From Pseudomonadota bacterium (lineage in GTDB: Bacteria; Desulfobacterota; Desulfobacteria; Desulfobacterales; JBDRRP01): a stretch of DNA of 20,000 nt. The position numbers were made by a program, and so were the translations under genes. The notes beneath the pieces are model-generated. The model saw only the letters and a program-made list of their open reading frames with translations. It was not told the DNA's origin and searched no databases. Shown in pieces: positions 1-8,833 of the stretch (the stretch's first letter is position 1; each line of letters starts with the position of its first letter). The stretch is from positions 57,221 through 77,220 of the forward strand of contig JBDRRP010000155.1 in the NCBI GenBank assembly GCA_043825735.1. Direction: 5' to 3'.

Positions 1-502
1 ATTCTGCCAGGGCGATGGCCTGCTCGGAGTAGGAGGCAATCGGCAGGAAGATGTAGGTCGACCCATCAAGGTTACCCTTGTGGAAAGAGGCTGGGATGGT
101 GGCGATCTTCGTTTCGTCGAAATCTTTTTTCAGGGCCATGGTGCTGCCCGTGGAATAGTTAAGATAAAGAACGATGCCCATATTGAGAAATTCTTCGAAA
201 TTGCGTTTGGTCACGTCGGTCTTGTACTGGTCGTCGCGGATGGTGCACTCAATCTTGTCTTCACCCAATAGTTTTTCGTCATTGACGAACTTGAAAAAGT
301 CCTCAACGCCCATGGCGTATGGCTGCCCGGCGTCCGACGTTGGGCCGGATTGCGCCAATGAAAGGGCCAGCTTATAGACCTTGGCCTTTTCTACAGCTTT
401 TTGGGCAACAGGCTTCGCCTCTTCCTTTTTGCCGCAGCTCACAAATAACCCTAGGCCGAACAAAACAGCGACGATCAAAGCAATTATCCCATTTCTTTTC
501 AT
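1..502 (-). CDS. ABC transporter substrate-binding lipoprotein, LivK/Peripla_BP_6-like (5' part only; runs off the window)
   Basis: Not in the ORF track; translated by hand from ATG at 502: MKRNGIIALIVAVLFGLGLFVSCGKKEEAK...LSLAQSGPTSDAGQPYAMGVEDFFKFVN...IRDDQYK. It has a lipoprotein-type signal ending in Cys, the LivK-like SGP and DD.Y motifs, and a GGGGGAG RBS upstream. It follows the livM-like gene. Confidence 0.88.
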   Translation of the reverse strand, partial: MKRNGIIALIVAVLFGLGLFVSCGKKEEAKPVAQKAVEKAKVYKLALSLAQSGPTSDAGQPYAMGVEDFFKFVNDEKLLGEDKIECTIRDDQYKTDVTKRNFEEFLNMGIVLYLNYSTGSTMALKKDFDETKIATIPASFHKGNLDGSTYIFLPIASYSEQAIALAE

Positions 503-580
503 CTGCTCCCCCTTCATTCTTAGGTGGTTTGGTGTGGCTATCCATGAATCGATACAAACATCGTTGCCTCCCCTTATGAA

Positions 581-1675
581 TCAATATCGGAAAGGCCATA
601 GTTTAACGTATGATCTTGCGATGCGCCACCAATTGGCGATCCCTCGCGGCTCGAACATGAGAAAAAGCACAATGACAAGACCGAAAGTCAGCGGCCTCAG
701 GGCCGTGGTAAGATTGGTGGACGCCGTGAATATCTCTCCGGCACGCTCAGCGATGGTTTCCACCTGCAGGTCGAGATACCGGATGGCGGCCGGCCCCCAG
801 AAACTGCCGTTCAGGGTACCCAACCCACCCACGATGGCCATGGCCAGGTAGGTGATAGATTGGTGCAGCGTAAACGACTCGATGCCAGCGCCTTTGAACA
901 AATAGGCGTGAAGCGCCCCGGCAACACCGGCCAGGAAACCGGCCAGGGCAAAGGCGTAGACTTTGGTGAGCCCCGGGTGCATCCCCATGGCGTCGGCCGC
1001 CCGGTCGTTGTCGCGCACGGCGATAAGGCTTCGACCGTAGCGGCTGCGCAGCAGGTTGCGTACGCCGAAACCGCAGATCACTACCGATACCAGCGCCACG
1101 TAATACCAGAACTGGTAGTGTCGGGCCCGTGTAATTTCTCCGGTGAACCAGTAGACCCGACCGATATAGATGGTCTGGCCCTGATTGAAAAACCGCATCA
1201 CCTGGATCGTCCATTCGAAGATCATCTGAAACGACAACGTGGCGATGGCCAGATACAAATGCTTCAATCGCAGCGCCGGCAGGCCCACAAACGCCCCGAA
1301 AACAGCCCCCATGAGGCCGGACAAAACGATCATCAGGGGCCATGCATGGGTAATCAGCACATGATTGTCGCCAAACAGGGTCGATACCGTGGCCAGGGTG
1401 TAGGCCCCCACCCCCACAAAAGCGGCGTGCCCGATGGAGATGAGTCCGGCAAAACCGGTAACCAGATTAAGCCCGATGATGGCCACGACGGCGATGAGAA
1501 TGTTGTCTAAAACCAGCATATACTTGTTGCTGAGTTCGAAAAAAAACGGCCAGACAAATAAAATGGTCAGAAACGCGGCGAATATCGATCGGTCCAGGTT
1601 GGTTGTGAATATCCGCTGCTCTTCCGTATATGTGGAGAAGAAATTGCCTGTGGTTAACCAACGATTCGCTGACAT
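581..1675 (-). CDS. Branched-chain amino acid-type ABC permease (LivM-like)
   Basis: Hydrophobic 364 aa protein with GLNLVTGFAGLISIGHAAF, LRLKHLYLAIATL, GRSLIAVRDN and IVGGLGT motifs. Confidence 0.93.
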   Translation of the reverse strand: MSANRWLTTGNFFSTYTEEQRIFTTNLDRSIFAAFLTILFVWPFFFELSNKYMLVLDNILIAVVAIIGLNLVTGFAGLISIGHAAFVGVGAYTLATVSTLFGDNHVLITHAWPLMIVLSGLMGAVFGAFVGLPALRLKHLYLAIATLSFQMIFEWTIQVMRFFNQGQTIYIGRVYWFTGEITRARHYQFWYYVALVSVVICGFGVRNLLRSRYGRSLIAVRDNDRAADAMGMHPGLTKVYAFALAGFLAGVAGALHAYLFKGAGIESFTLHQSITYLAMAIVGGLGTLNGSFWGPAAIRYLDLQVETIAERAGEIFTASTNLTTALRPLTFGLVIVLFLMFEPRGIANWWRIARSYVKLWPFRY

Positions 1676-1678
1676 ACG

Positions 1679-2572
1679 TTATACCCGTTCAATTTCGTGG
1701 GTTCCGAAGAGACCGTGGGGTTTGAACAGCAGGATCACCAGAAGGATAACATAGGGCAGCACGTTGGCCGTGCCGACGAGGCCCCAGTTCCCGTCAAGAT
1801 AGCCGCTGGCCAGTTGCTGGATCAGCCCCATGATGATGCCTGCCACAACGGCGCCGATGATGCTGTCGAGCCCTCCGAGAATGACCACGGGAAAGACCGT
1901 GATGCCGAATGCGTGAAGGGTATCGAAATTGAGGCCCGTGATGTTGCCGATAATTCCGCCGGCGGCCGCTGCGCTCAGACCCGCCATGGCCCAGGCCAGT
2001 CCGAACACCCGGGGCACGGAAATGCCGATGGACATGGACGCAAACTGGTCATCGCTCACCGCCCGCATAGAGATGCCCAGGGTAGAGCGTTTGAAAAACC
2101 ACGAAAACGCGCCAATAAGGATGGCCGTGACGATGACCCCCACCAACTGTGTCCACGAGATGGACACCCCGCCCAGCACCAGCGGCGTGGTGGGCAGAAA
2201 CGGCGGAAACGACATGTTCACCGAACCGAACGGCGTCAGATAGATAATACCGTCCAGAATCGACATCAAGCCGATGGTGACCATGATCACCGAAATGATG
2301 GGCTCGCCGATGAGACGGCGCAAGAAAATCCGCTCCACGCTCATGGCCAGAAAAAAAGTGATGATCATGCTCAGAAGAAAAGAGAGCACGATGGGAATGC
2401 CGACCCAGATGGTCAGGGCATAGGTGATGAAGCAGCCGCCTGCGATGATCTGCCCGTGGGCGATGTTGAGCACCCGGCTCGATTTGTAGATGAGCACAAA
2501 ACCGAGGGCCGACAAGGCGTAGATCGAGCCAACGACGACGCCGCTAACGATGAGTTGAAAGAAATAGGTCAT
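1679..2572 (-). CDS. Branched-chain amino acid-type ABC permease (LivH-like)
   Basis: GSIYALSALGFVLIY, LNIAHG, GISMRAVS, VILGGLDS and KPHGLFG motifs. Confidence 0.93.
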   Translation of the reverse strand: MTYFFQLIVSGVVVGSIYALSALGFVLIYKSSRVLNIAHGQIIAGGCFITYALTIWVGIPIVLSFLLSMIITFFLAMSVERIFLRRLIGEPIISVIMVTIGLMSILDGIIYLTPFGSVNMSFPPFLPTTPLVLGGVSISWTQLVGVIVTAILIGAFSWFFKRSTLGISMRAVSDDQFASMSIGISVPRVFGLAWAMAGLSAAAAGGIIGNITGLNFDTLHAFGITVFPVVILGGLDSIIGAVVAGIIMGLIQQLASGYLDGNWGLVGTANVLPYVILLVILLFKPHGLFGTHEIERV

Positions 2573-4506
2573 GACATGCGTTCCATGGTGTAAAAGGGCA
2601 TCCGCATACTGACGGTGGCGGTCTGACCGTCCTGGTACTGAAAGACCGCCGCCACCTCTTTTTCCGTAACGCTCTCGTCGTAGAGCGCCTGGTACAATTC
2701 GTTGTACTTCTCCCGTACAAACTTTCGCCGGATTTTACCGGTCTTGGTCAACTCGCCGTCATCGGTATCGAGCATTTTGTATAAAATGGCGAATCGATGG
2801 ATGTAAAAATGGGCTTTTTCGATCGACTGGTTGAAATCGGCCACCTGCACTCGGATAAGATCGGCCACCTTCGGATTCAACGACAGGTCCATAAACGTGG
2901 TGTAGGAGATCCCCCGGTCCTCGGCCCACTTACCCACGATAATCGGATCGACGTTGATGAGAGCCGCAACGTAGTCCCGCTGGTCCCCGAAGATCACGAC
3001 CTCTTTGATATAGGGGCTGAACTTGAGCTTGTTTTCCAGAAACATGGGGCTGAACATGTCCCCCTGTCGGTTGTGCATCACGTCGGAAATGCGGTCGATG
3101 ACCACCAGATGGCCGTCGTCGTCGATGTAGCCGGCATCACCGGAGTGAAGCCATCCGTCTTTTTCCAGCAGTTCGTCTGTCTTGTCGGGCAGTTTGTAGT
3201 AGCCCGCGCACACCGACGGCGAGCGCGAGAGGATTTCGCCGGCTTCGGAAATGAGGCACTCGGTGCCCGGCAGCGGTTTTCCCACCGTGTCCGGTTTGAT
3301 ATCGCCATCAACGTGCATGTAGGCGATGCCGGTGATTTCCGTCTGGCCGTAGATCTGTTTGAGGTTGACCCCCATAGCCTGATAGAAGGTGAACAGATCT
3401 GGACCCAGCGCCGCCCCGCCGGTGTAAGCCCGCCGGAGTCTCAAAAACCCGATCTGGTTGATCTGGGGCCGGAAGACGATCTGGGTGCCCAGCCAGGACA
3501 GCACTCCCAGCATGAAGGGCATGGACTTGCCGGACATCCGGTAGCGGGCGGCCTTTAAACCGATCTTCATGAAATAGGCATGAATCATCCGGTTGAACCA
3601 GTAGCTGTCATCCATCTTGAGCCAGATCTGGGAGCGGATGGTCTCGTAAATGCGCGGCGCGCCGAAGACAAAGTGGGGCCCGATCTCTTTGAGATCGTCC
3701 ATGGCGGTTTCAACCGATTCGGGGAAATTGATGGTGATCCCGGTGGCCATCGCCACACCAAAGGAATTCATCTGCTCGCCGATCCAGGCAAAGGGCAGAA
3801 AGCTCAGATACTCATCGGTGGGCTCCAGCGGGTCGACCTTGGTGATCTGCACCCCCATGTTGATGTAGTTGCGGTGGGTCATCATGGCGCCCTTGGGCAG
3901 TCCCGTGGTGCCGGACGTCAGGCATAAAAAGCAGACGTCATCTGGCGCGCCCTCATCCACCATGCTTTCAAAGGCGGCGGGGTCCTTTTCCATGGCCGCT
4001 TCGCCCAGCCTGCACAGGTCCTTAAAATCCAAGAACCAGTCGTCAGAGCGGTAGCTGCGCATGCCGCGCGGATCCTCGTAGATCACCCGGGTGACACCCG
4101 GCACGCGGTCTCGAATTTCCAGCAGCTTATCCACCTGCTCCTGGTCTTCGCAGAACACGACGGTCACTTCCAGATACTCCAAAATCTGGGCGATCTCGTC
4201 AGGCAGGCTCGATTGGTATATACCGGCGCCGATACCGCCCACGGCCTGCGCCCCCACGGCGGTAAACAGCATCTCGGGAATGTTATCGCTGATGAGGGCC
4301 AGCTTCATTCCCTTGCCAAAACCGATCGCCCCCAGCCCCATGCCCACCTTGCCCACGATGTCGTAGTATTCCTGCCAGGTGTAGCCGCGCCAGATGCCGA
4401 ACTCCTTTTCCCGCAGCGCAACCCGCTGCGCGCTTTTTCCCACGCGCCAGCGAAGCAGTTGGGGGATGGTGAAATCCGTAAGCGTGATTGTGTCTTCCAC
4501 GGTCAA
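2569..4506 (-). CDS. AMP-binding long-chain acyl-CoA synthetase
   Basis: TSGTTGLPKG P-loop, YGQTE, GWLHSGDAG and ELTKTGKIRR adenylation motifs. Overlaps both neighbouring genes by 4 nt. Start codon is TTG 4506 or GTG 4500. Confidence 0.93.
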   Translation of the reverse strand: MTVEDTITLTDFTIPQLLRWRVGKSAQRVALREKEFGIWRGYTWQEYYDIVGKVGMGLGAIGFGKGMKLALISDNIPEMLFTAVGAQAVGGIGAGIYQSSLPDEIAQILEYLEVTVVFCEDQEQVDKLLEIRDRVPGVTRVIYEDPRGMRSYRSDDWFLDFKDLCRLGEAAMEKDPAAFESMVDEGAPDDVCFLCLTSGTTGLPKGAMMTHRNYINMGVQITKVDPLEPTDEYLSFLPFAWIGEQMNSFGVAMATGITINFPESVETAMDDLKEIGPHFVFGAPRIYETIRSQIWLKMDDSYWFNRMIHAYFMKIGLKAARYRMSGKSMPFMLGVLSWLGTQIVFRPQINQIGFLRLRRAYTGGAALGPDLFTFYQAMGVNLKQIYGQTEITGIAYMHVDGDIKPDTVGKPLPGTECLISEAGEILSRSPSVCAGYYKLPDKTDELLEKDGWLHSGDAGYIDDDGHLVVIDRISDVMHNRQGDMFSPMFLENKLKFSPYIKEVVIFGDQRDYVAALINVDPIIVGKWAEDRGISYTTFMDLSLNPKVADLIRVQVADFNQSIEKAHFYIHRFAILYKMLDTDDGELTKTGKIRRKFVREKYNELYQALYDESVTEKEVAAVFQYQDGQTATVSMRMPFYTMERMS

Positions 4507-5273
4507 TTGCTCTCTTCTTCTCCGATGTAGGCCTCAATGACCTTTCTGTTAGCGGCAATTTCCTTGGGCGTGCCCGAGCCGATCACCTCTCCGAAATCGA
4601 GCACGTACACCCGGTCGGAAATATCCATGACCACACCGAGGTCGTGCTCCACAAGCACAACCGTGATGTTGCGCTCCTTCTGGATATCGAGGATAAAGCG
4701 CACGATGTCTTCTTTTTCCTCGATGTTCATCCCGGCCATGGGTTCATCGAGCAGCAGCAGTTCCGGCCCCAGCGTCAGCGCGCGCGCCACTTCAATGCGC
4801 TTTTGCACGCCGTAGCTGAGGTTTCCCACAGTCTTTTTCCGATAGGGTTCCAGTTCCATGAAATCGATGACATCCTCCACATGTCCGCGATTCTCGGCTT
4901 CGATGCGCGAAGCCTTCCCGTAGTAGATGAGGGCGTGCAGGAAACTGTAGTTCAGATGACAGTGGCGGGCGAGCATCAGATTGTCGAGCACGGTCATACC
5001 ACGAAAAAGTTCAAGATTCTGAAACGCCCGGGCGATGCCGTACTTGGTGATTTTGTGGGGCGAGGCCTTGGTCAGCCGGTGCTCACCATAATGGATCTCG
5101 CCCTTTGTGGGATGATAGAAGCCCGAGATGCAATTGAGCAAACTGGTCTTTCCGGCCCCGTTGGGTCCGATCACCGAAGTGATCAGTCCGGGTTCGATGG
5201 CGATTTCGGCGTTGGTCAAGGCATTGAGCCCGCCGAAAGTGAGCGTGACATCGGAAACGTGTAACTGTCTCAT
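4503..5273 (-). CDS. ABC transporter ATP-binding protein (LivG-like)
   Basis: Walker A GPNGAGKT, LSYG signature, LLLLDEP, VEHD and C-terminal VIEAYIG. Confidence 0.94.
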   Translation of the reverse strand: MRQLHVSDVTLTFGGLNALTNAEIAIEPGLITSVIGPNGAGKTSLLNCISGFYHPTKGEIHYGEHRLTKASPHKITKYGIARAFQNLELFRGMTVLDNLMLARHCHLNYSFLHALIYYGKASRIEAENRGHVEDVIDFMELEPYRKKTVGNLSYGVQKRIEVARALTLGPELLLLDEPMAGMNIEEKEDIVRFILDIQKERNITVVLVEHDLGVVMDISDRVYVLDFGEVIGSGTPKEIAANRKVIEAYIGEEESN

Positions 5274-5770
5274 GAGGGCGGCGTCCTGTGGTGAAAAAGC
5301 AGCTGGCGCCTAGAGCGCCTGCCAGAGAATGAACGTAATTCATTTTTAAATTAAAGTTAACTGTTTAATCTCAGTTCACCTGTCAGCAGTCAAGGGAAAT
5401 CACCGGCAGGGTTTTGTGACGAACCGCGGCGCCCACTATTAAATTATTAAGCGGTCGGCCGGAATCACGCTGTCGGCACAAAACGTGTGCCTGCGGACGC
5501 AAATCGCTCCCTGTGCCGGTACAACCGCGGACGCCACCCCAGGGGTAACGCGGCGCAGGGGGCAGTAACCCTGATATTTTCCGTTATATTAATATGTTAT
5601 TCGTTTTTAGCGATTATTTAGGAGGCTGCTGTCATCAGGGCGGCGCACCAAGAGCCCGAACACTGGATCAATGGGTGCCGACAGGGGCATCCGCGTTTAA
5701 AAAACCCTTCGCTCAGAAAATGGAGGGTCCGCACATGAAATAATAGCTGGATAATAGTGGGTAAATACCG

Positions 5771-7363
5771 CTACTCATCAAAGGACAGCAAGTGGGTGGC
5801 CAGGTTGACCTTTGTATTGAGCAACCCCAGCTTACGCCGGATATTATAGCGATGGAAAAGCACTGTATTTTTTGAAAGATACAGCAGGTCGGCAATTTCC
5901 TGACTGCTCCGGCCGGCCTTGATAAGGTTGGCCACCTTTATCTCCATCGGAGTGAGCCTGAAATGCTTGGCGGAAAGACGGCTGATGAAGGGCGAAACGA
6001 TATTGTCCAGGTTACTCTCCAGGACATGCACCAGTGAGGCCTGCTCGGTACTCAGTCGGGCCTTTTTAAGCCGCCCCAGATAAGGCGTCACTAACTCCCG
6101 CACATTGGACAGCAGATTATCTTCAAGCTCCCCCTTGTCGGACTCCCGTTGCTTGAGCAGCACCTTGAGAGCGGTGTTGACCTCTTCCAGATGGCCGGAC
6201 TGGGCCGCCAGCTCCGCCTTGCTGCGACGCTGAGCCTCCTCGGCCCGCCGGCGCTCCTCCACTTCGCGGGCCAGGCGCCGGTTGCTTTTTTCCAGCTCCG
6301 AAGTGCGGGCCTCCACGAGTTTCTCCAGCCGCTCATGGTATCGGTGGAGTTCGCGTTCGGCGCGCTTTCGGGCCGTAATGTCCCGAAGGATCACGATATT
6401 GCCGGCAGGTTTTCCGCTGTGATCGTCATAGAGCGTAGAGCTGATTTGCACATCCAGCACCTGACCGTCCCGAGTGAGGCGCCGGGTTTCGAAAAGCTGG
6501 ATTTTTTTGCCGCTCAGCATGCGCTTGATGGCCTCCCGCGTCTCCGGCCAGTTTTCCTCGGGCACAAAATCGATGTTTCCGCCGAGCATCTCCTCCCGTC
6601 GCCATCCGAGTGTCTGCTCGAAGGCCGGATTCACATAAACCGCTTTTCCTTCAATATTGTAGACGACAATGGGATCCGGGGAATATTCCAGCAGGCTTCG
6701 ATAGCGTTCTTCGCTTTCCCGCAGACTCTCCTCGGTGTGGCGGCGTTGGGCCAGCTCACGCCGGAGGTCTTCGTAGAGCCGGACGTTGTCCAGGGCAATA
6801 GTGGCCAGTTCGGCAAAGCGCCCCAGGATGCTGATCACCTCCTGGCCGAACTGCCGCTCCCCCTCGACGCTGGCCAGGCCGATGACGCCCAGCACCTGGT
6901 TTTCAGCCTTGAGAGGGATGCCCACCACGGCACGCAACCGGTCCAGGGACTTACCGGGCAGCCGCCCTTCCCACTCGTGATAATCGTTCACCACCAGGGG
7001 CGCGCCACTCTCCCACACCTTACCGCCCAGCCCCTCACCCGGATTTACCCGAAGCCCAAGCTGTTGGGTGAACAGGCCCATGCCCACCCGCATTTGCATC
7101 TGGGTCTGGCCTGGCTCGATAAGGTAAAAGAATCCGTGTTCGGTACCGGTCAACACCGCGGCGCGGTCAAGGATGGCCTCCAGCAGTTCGTTTCTTTCCC
7201 GCCGATTGATGAGCCCTAGGGTGGTTTCATGAAGCGCGGACAGGTAGGTGTTCTGCCGACGAAGAATCTGTTCGGCCTCTCGCCGGCGGCGCGTTTCCTC
7301 ATCGAGAGCACGGACCTTCTCCGTTAGTGCCTCATAGCTCGGCTTAGCAGGGGGCGCTGTCAT
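5771..7363 (-). CDS. One-component regulator: GAF-PAS-coiled coil-LuxR HTH
   Basis: GAF (GEGLGGKVW, GIPLK..VLGVI), PAS (YVNPAFEQTLGW...RDIT) and a C-terminal LuxR HTH (LTPMEIKVANLIKAG...EIA..L.LS.NTV.FHRYNIRRKLG). No kinase or receiver motifs. Confidence 0.9.
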   Translation of the reverse strand: MTAPPAKPSYEALTEKVRALDEETRRRREAEQILRRQNTYLSALHETTLGLINRRERNELLEAILDRAAVLTGTEHGFFYLIEPGQTQMQMRVGMGLFTQQLGLRVNPGEGLGGKVWESGAPLVVNDYHEWEGRLPGKSLDRLRAVVGIPLKAENQVLGVIGLASVEGERQFGQEVISILGRFAELATIALDNVRLYEDLRRELAQRRHTEESLRESEERYRSLLEYSPDPIVVYNIEGKAVYVNPAFEQTLGWRREEMLGGNIDFVPEENWPETREAIKRMLSGKKIQLFETRRLTRDGQVLDVQISSTLYDDHSGKPAGNIVILRDITARKRAERELHRYHERLEKLVEARTSELEKSNRRLAREVEERRRAEEAQRRSKAELAAQSGHLEEVNTALKVLLKQRESDKGELEDNLLSNVRELVTPYLGRLKKARLSTEQASLVHVLESNLDNIVSPFISRLSAKHFRLTPMEIKVANLIKAGRSSQEIADLLYLSKNTVLFHRYNIRRKLGLLNTKVNLATHLLSFDE

Positions 7364-7391
7364 GGATAACTTCCTTTCCGGTCGCCGCCAC

Positions 7392-8042
7392 CTAAAGGAT
7401 GACCTTGCCGGTGACGTATTTCACCACATCTTCGGGATCGTCCAAAACCTTCAGAATATCCAAGTCCCTCGGTGAAATGCGTCCGGCCGCCACCAATCGG
7501 TCGTTGATCCAATCGATAAGACCGCCCCAGAAATCGGAGCCCACCAGTACGACAGGGAAAGGTTTGATGCGCCGGGTCTGGATCAGTGTAACGGCTTCAA
7601 ACATTTCGTCAAGCGTGCCGAAACCGCCAGGCATGATGATATAGGCGGATGCATATTTTACCAGCATCACCTTACGGACGAAAAAATAATTGAAGGCCAG
7701 CTGGATGTCGGCATAGGGGTTTGGTTTTTGCTCGAAAGGCAAGTGGATGTTGAGCCCCACCGAGGTCCCCCCCGCATCCGACGCGCCCTTGTTGCCGGCC
7801 TCCATGATGCCTGGGCCGCCGCCGGTCATAACGGCGAATCCGGCCTTCACGAAACCGGCGGCAATGGCCTCGGCGGCACGGTACAATGGATCGTCGGGGG
7901 CCACCCGTGCTGATCCGAAAATACTCACGGCCGGGCCGATGTCGTGAAGGGTTTCCACGCCATCAACGAATTCGCCCAAAATCTTAAACAGGCGCCAGGA
8001 TTCACCAAACCTCAAATCGTCAATGAGAAACTGTTTTTCCAT
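7392..8042 (-). CDS. LOG-family nucleotide phosphoribohydrolase (Rossmann fold)
   Basis: VSIFGSAR, TGGGPGIME, FFVRK and PGGFGTLDE motifs. Start reassigned to ATG 8042 (MEKQFLIDD), which has GGAG upstream; the longer ORF-track start overlaps the selenoprotein gene. Confidence 0.92.
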   Translation of the reverse strand: MEKQFLIDDLRFGESWRLFKILGEFVDGVETLHDIGPAVSIFGSARVAPDDPLYRAAEAIAAGFVKAGFAVMTGGGPGIMEAGNKGASDAGGTSVGLNIHLPFEQKPNPYADIQLAFNYFFVRKVMLVKYASAYIIMPGGFGTLDEMFEAVTLIQTRRIKPFPVVLVGSDFWGGLIDWINDRLVAAGRISPRDLDILKVLDDPEDVVKYVTGKVIL

Positions 8043-8065
8043 TACACGCTCCATAGAATCGCTGT

Positions 8066-8084
8066 CACCGGCTACCAGCCGGCG
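8066..8084 (-). promoter_or_regulatory. Putative SECIS hairpin for the second Sec codon (in the 3' UTR)
   Basis: Minus-strand CGCCGGCT-GGT-AGCCGGTG. The loop starts with G, 18 nt after the UGA, the same spacing as the first hairpin. Confidence 0.68.
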
Positions 8085-8085
8085 G

Positions 8086-8313
8086 TTATACGCGTCAGGC
8101 ACCCCCCTCGAATCCGATGCTTACCGCCTCGCCGTCAACGATTACGGGGATACGCCGCACGCCGCCGGAGACCAGCAGCATCGCTGCCAGATGCCGCGGA
8201 TCTTCGAATACGTTGATATACGTGTGCTCGCGACCATCCCTGCGACAGGCTTCACGAGCCGCGACGGTATGGGGTCACGTGTCTTTTCCGTAGATAATGA
8301 TGCCAGTTGCCAT
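8086..8313 (-). CDS. Glutaredoxin-like selenoprotein of the UXX-star type with two Sec codons (75 aa)
   Basis: An AAAGGAGG RBS precedes ATG 8313. Reading TGA as U gives MATGIIIYGKDT-U-PHTVAAREACRRDGREHTYINVFEDPRHLAAMLLVSGGVRRIPVIVDGEAVSIGFEGGA-U-RV-TAA. TGA codons are at 8277-8275 and 8097-8095, in frame. It has the Grx-like UxxT site, a cis-Pro (RIPVI) and an IGF motif, with a hairpin after each TGA. Confidence 0.9.
8248..8260 (-). promoter_or_regulatory. Putative SECIS hairpin for the first Sec codon
   Basis: Minus-strand GGCT-CGTGA-AGCC. The apical loop starts 18 nt after the UGA and has G at its second position; further flanking pairing is possible. Confidence 0.6.
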
Positions 8314-8403
8314 ACAGCCGCCCTCCTTTCTCACACAAGCCTCCCGCATTCAAATCGGTTTGACAAAGCGCAGATAGGCTGTTAGTGATTTTAGGTTCTA
8401 ATT

Positions 8404-8519
8404 AGTGCCCATCCAGAAACGGCATCTTTGCTTTAGAAACCCTGCGCTGCGCGCAGGATTCCAGGCGGAACCGACGGCCCATGCTCTGAACCAAAAGATA
8501 CCATTTCTGGACGGACACT
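8404..8519. mobile_element. MITE-like element, family A, short copy (116 bp)
   Basis: Imperfect terminal inverted repeats AGTGCCCATCCAGAAA / TTTCTGGACGGACACT. Both ends are near-identical to the element at 12780-13092. Confidence 0.8.
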
Positions 8520-8536
8520 GATTAAGCGGTACCGCG

Positions 8537-8833
8537 ATGACGCCCATGACAGCACCGACCCGCACCCTATCCCGAACCGTCACCATCGTCAACGCTCTCG
8601 GCCTGCATGCGCGATCCGCAGCTCGCGTTGCGACCATCGCCGGCAAGGCCTCTGGATCCGTATGGATAGAGAGCGGTAAGGAACGCGTCGACGCTTCGAG
8701 CATCATCGACATGCTTAGCTTGGGCTGCGCCCAGGGAACACGAGTGCAGGTGGTCATCGAGGCCACTGATGACAGCGGTGTCCTGGAGGACATCGTGTCT
8801 TTGATTCAGAGCGGTTTTGGAGAGCCTTCGTGA
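8537..8833 (+). CDS. ptsH: Phosphocarrier protein HPr
   Basis: NALGLHARSAA (His15 motif) and DASSIIDMLSLG (Ser46 motif). Overlaps the start of ptsI. The start may be 8546. Confidence 0.93.
   Translation: MTPMTAPTRTLSRTVTIVNALGLHARSAARVATIAGKASGSVWIESGKERVDASSIIDMLSLGCAQGTRVQVVIEATDDSGVLEDIVSLIQSGFGEPS

Noticed and set aside
860..7219. Long antisense ORFs (860-1510, 1697-2593, 2797-3558, 4488-5264, 6149-7219)
   Set aside because: Typical high-GC antisense shadows of well-supported genes, with no recognisable motifs.
8086..8313. Pseudogene interpretation of the TGA-interrupted gene
   Set aside because: Both stops are TGA at redox-motif positions with equally spaced hairpins, and the frame is otherwise intact.
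8023..8385. Plus-strand ORFs 8023-8385 and 7944-8216, and the LOG extension to 8102
   Set aside because: Shadows of the selenoprotein gene, which has a better RBS and a recognisable fold.
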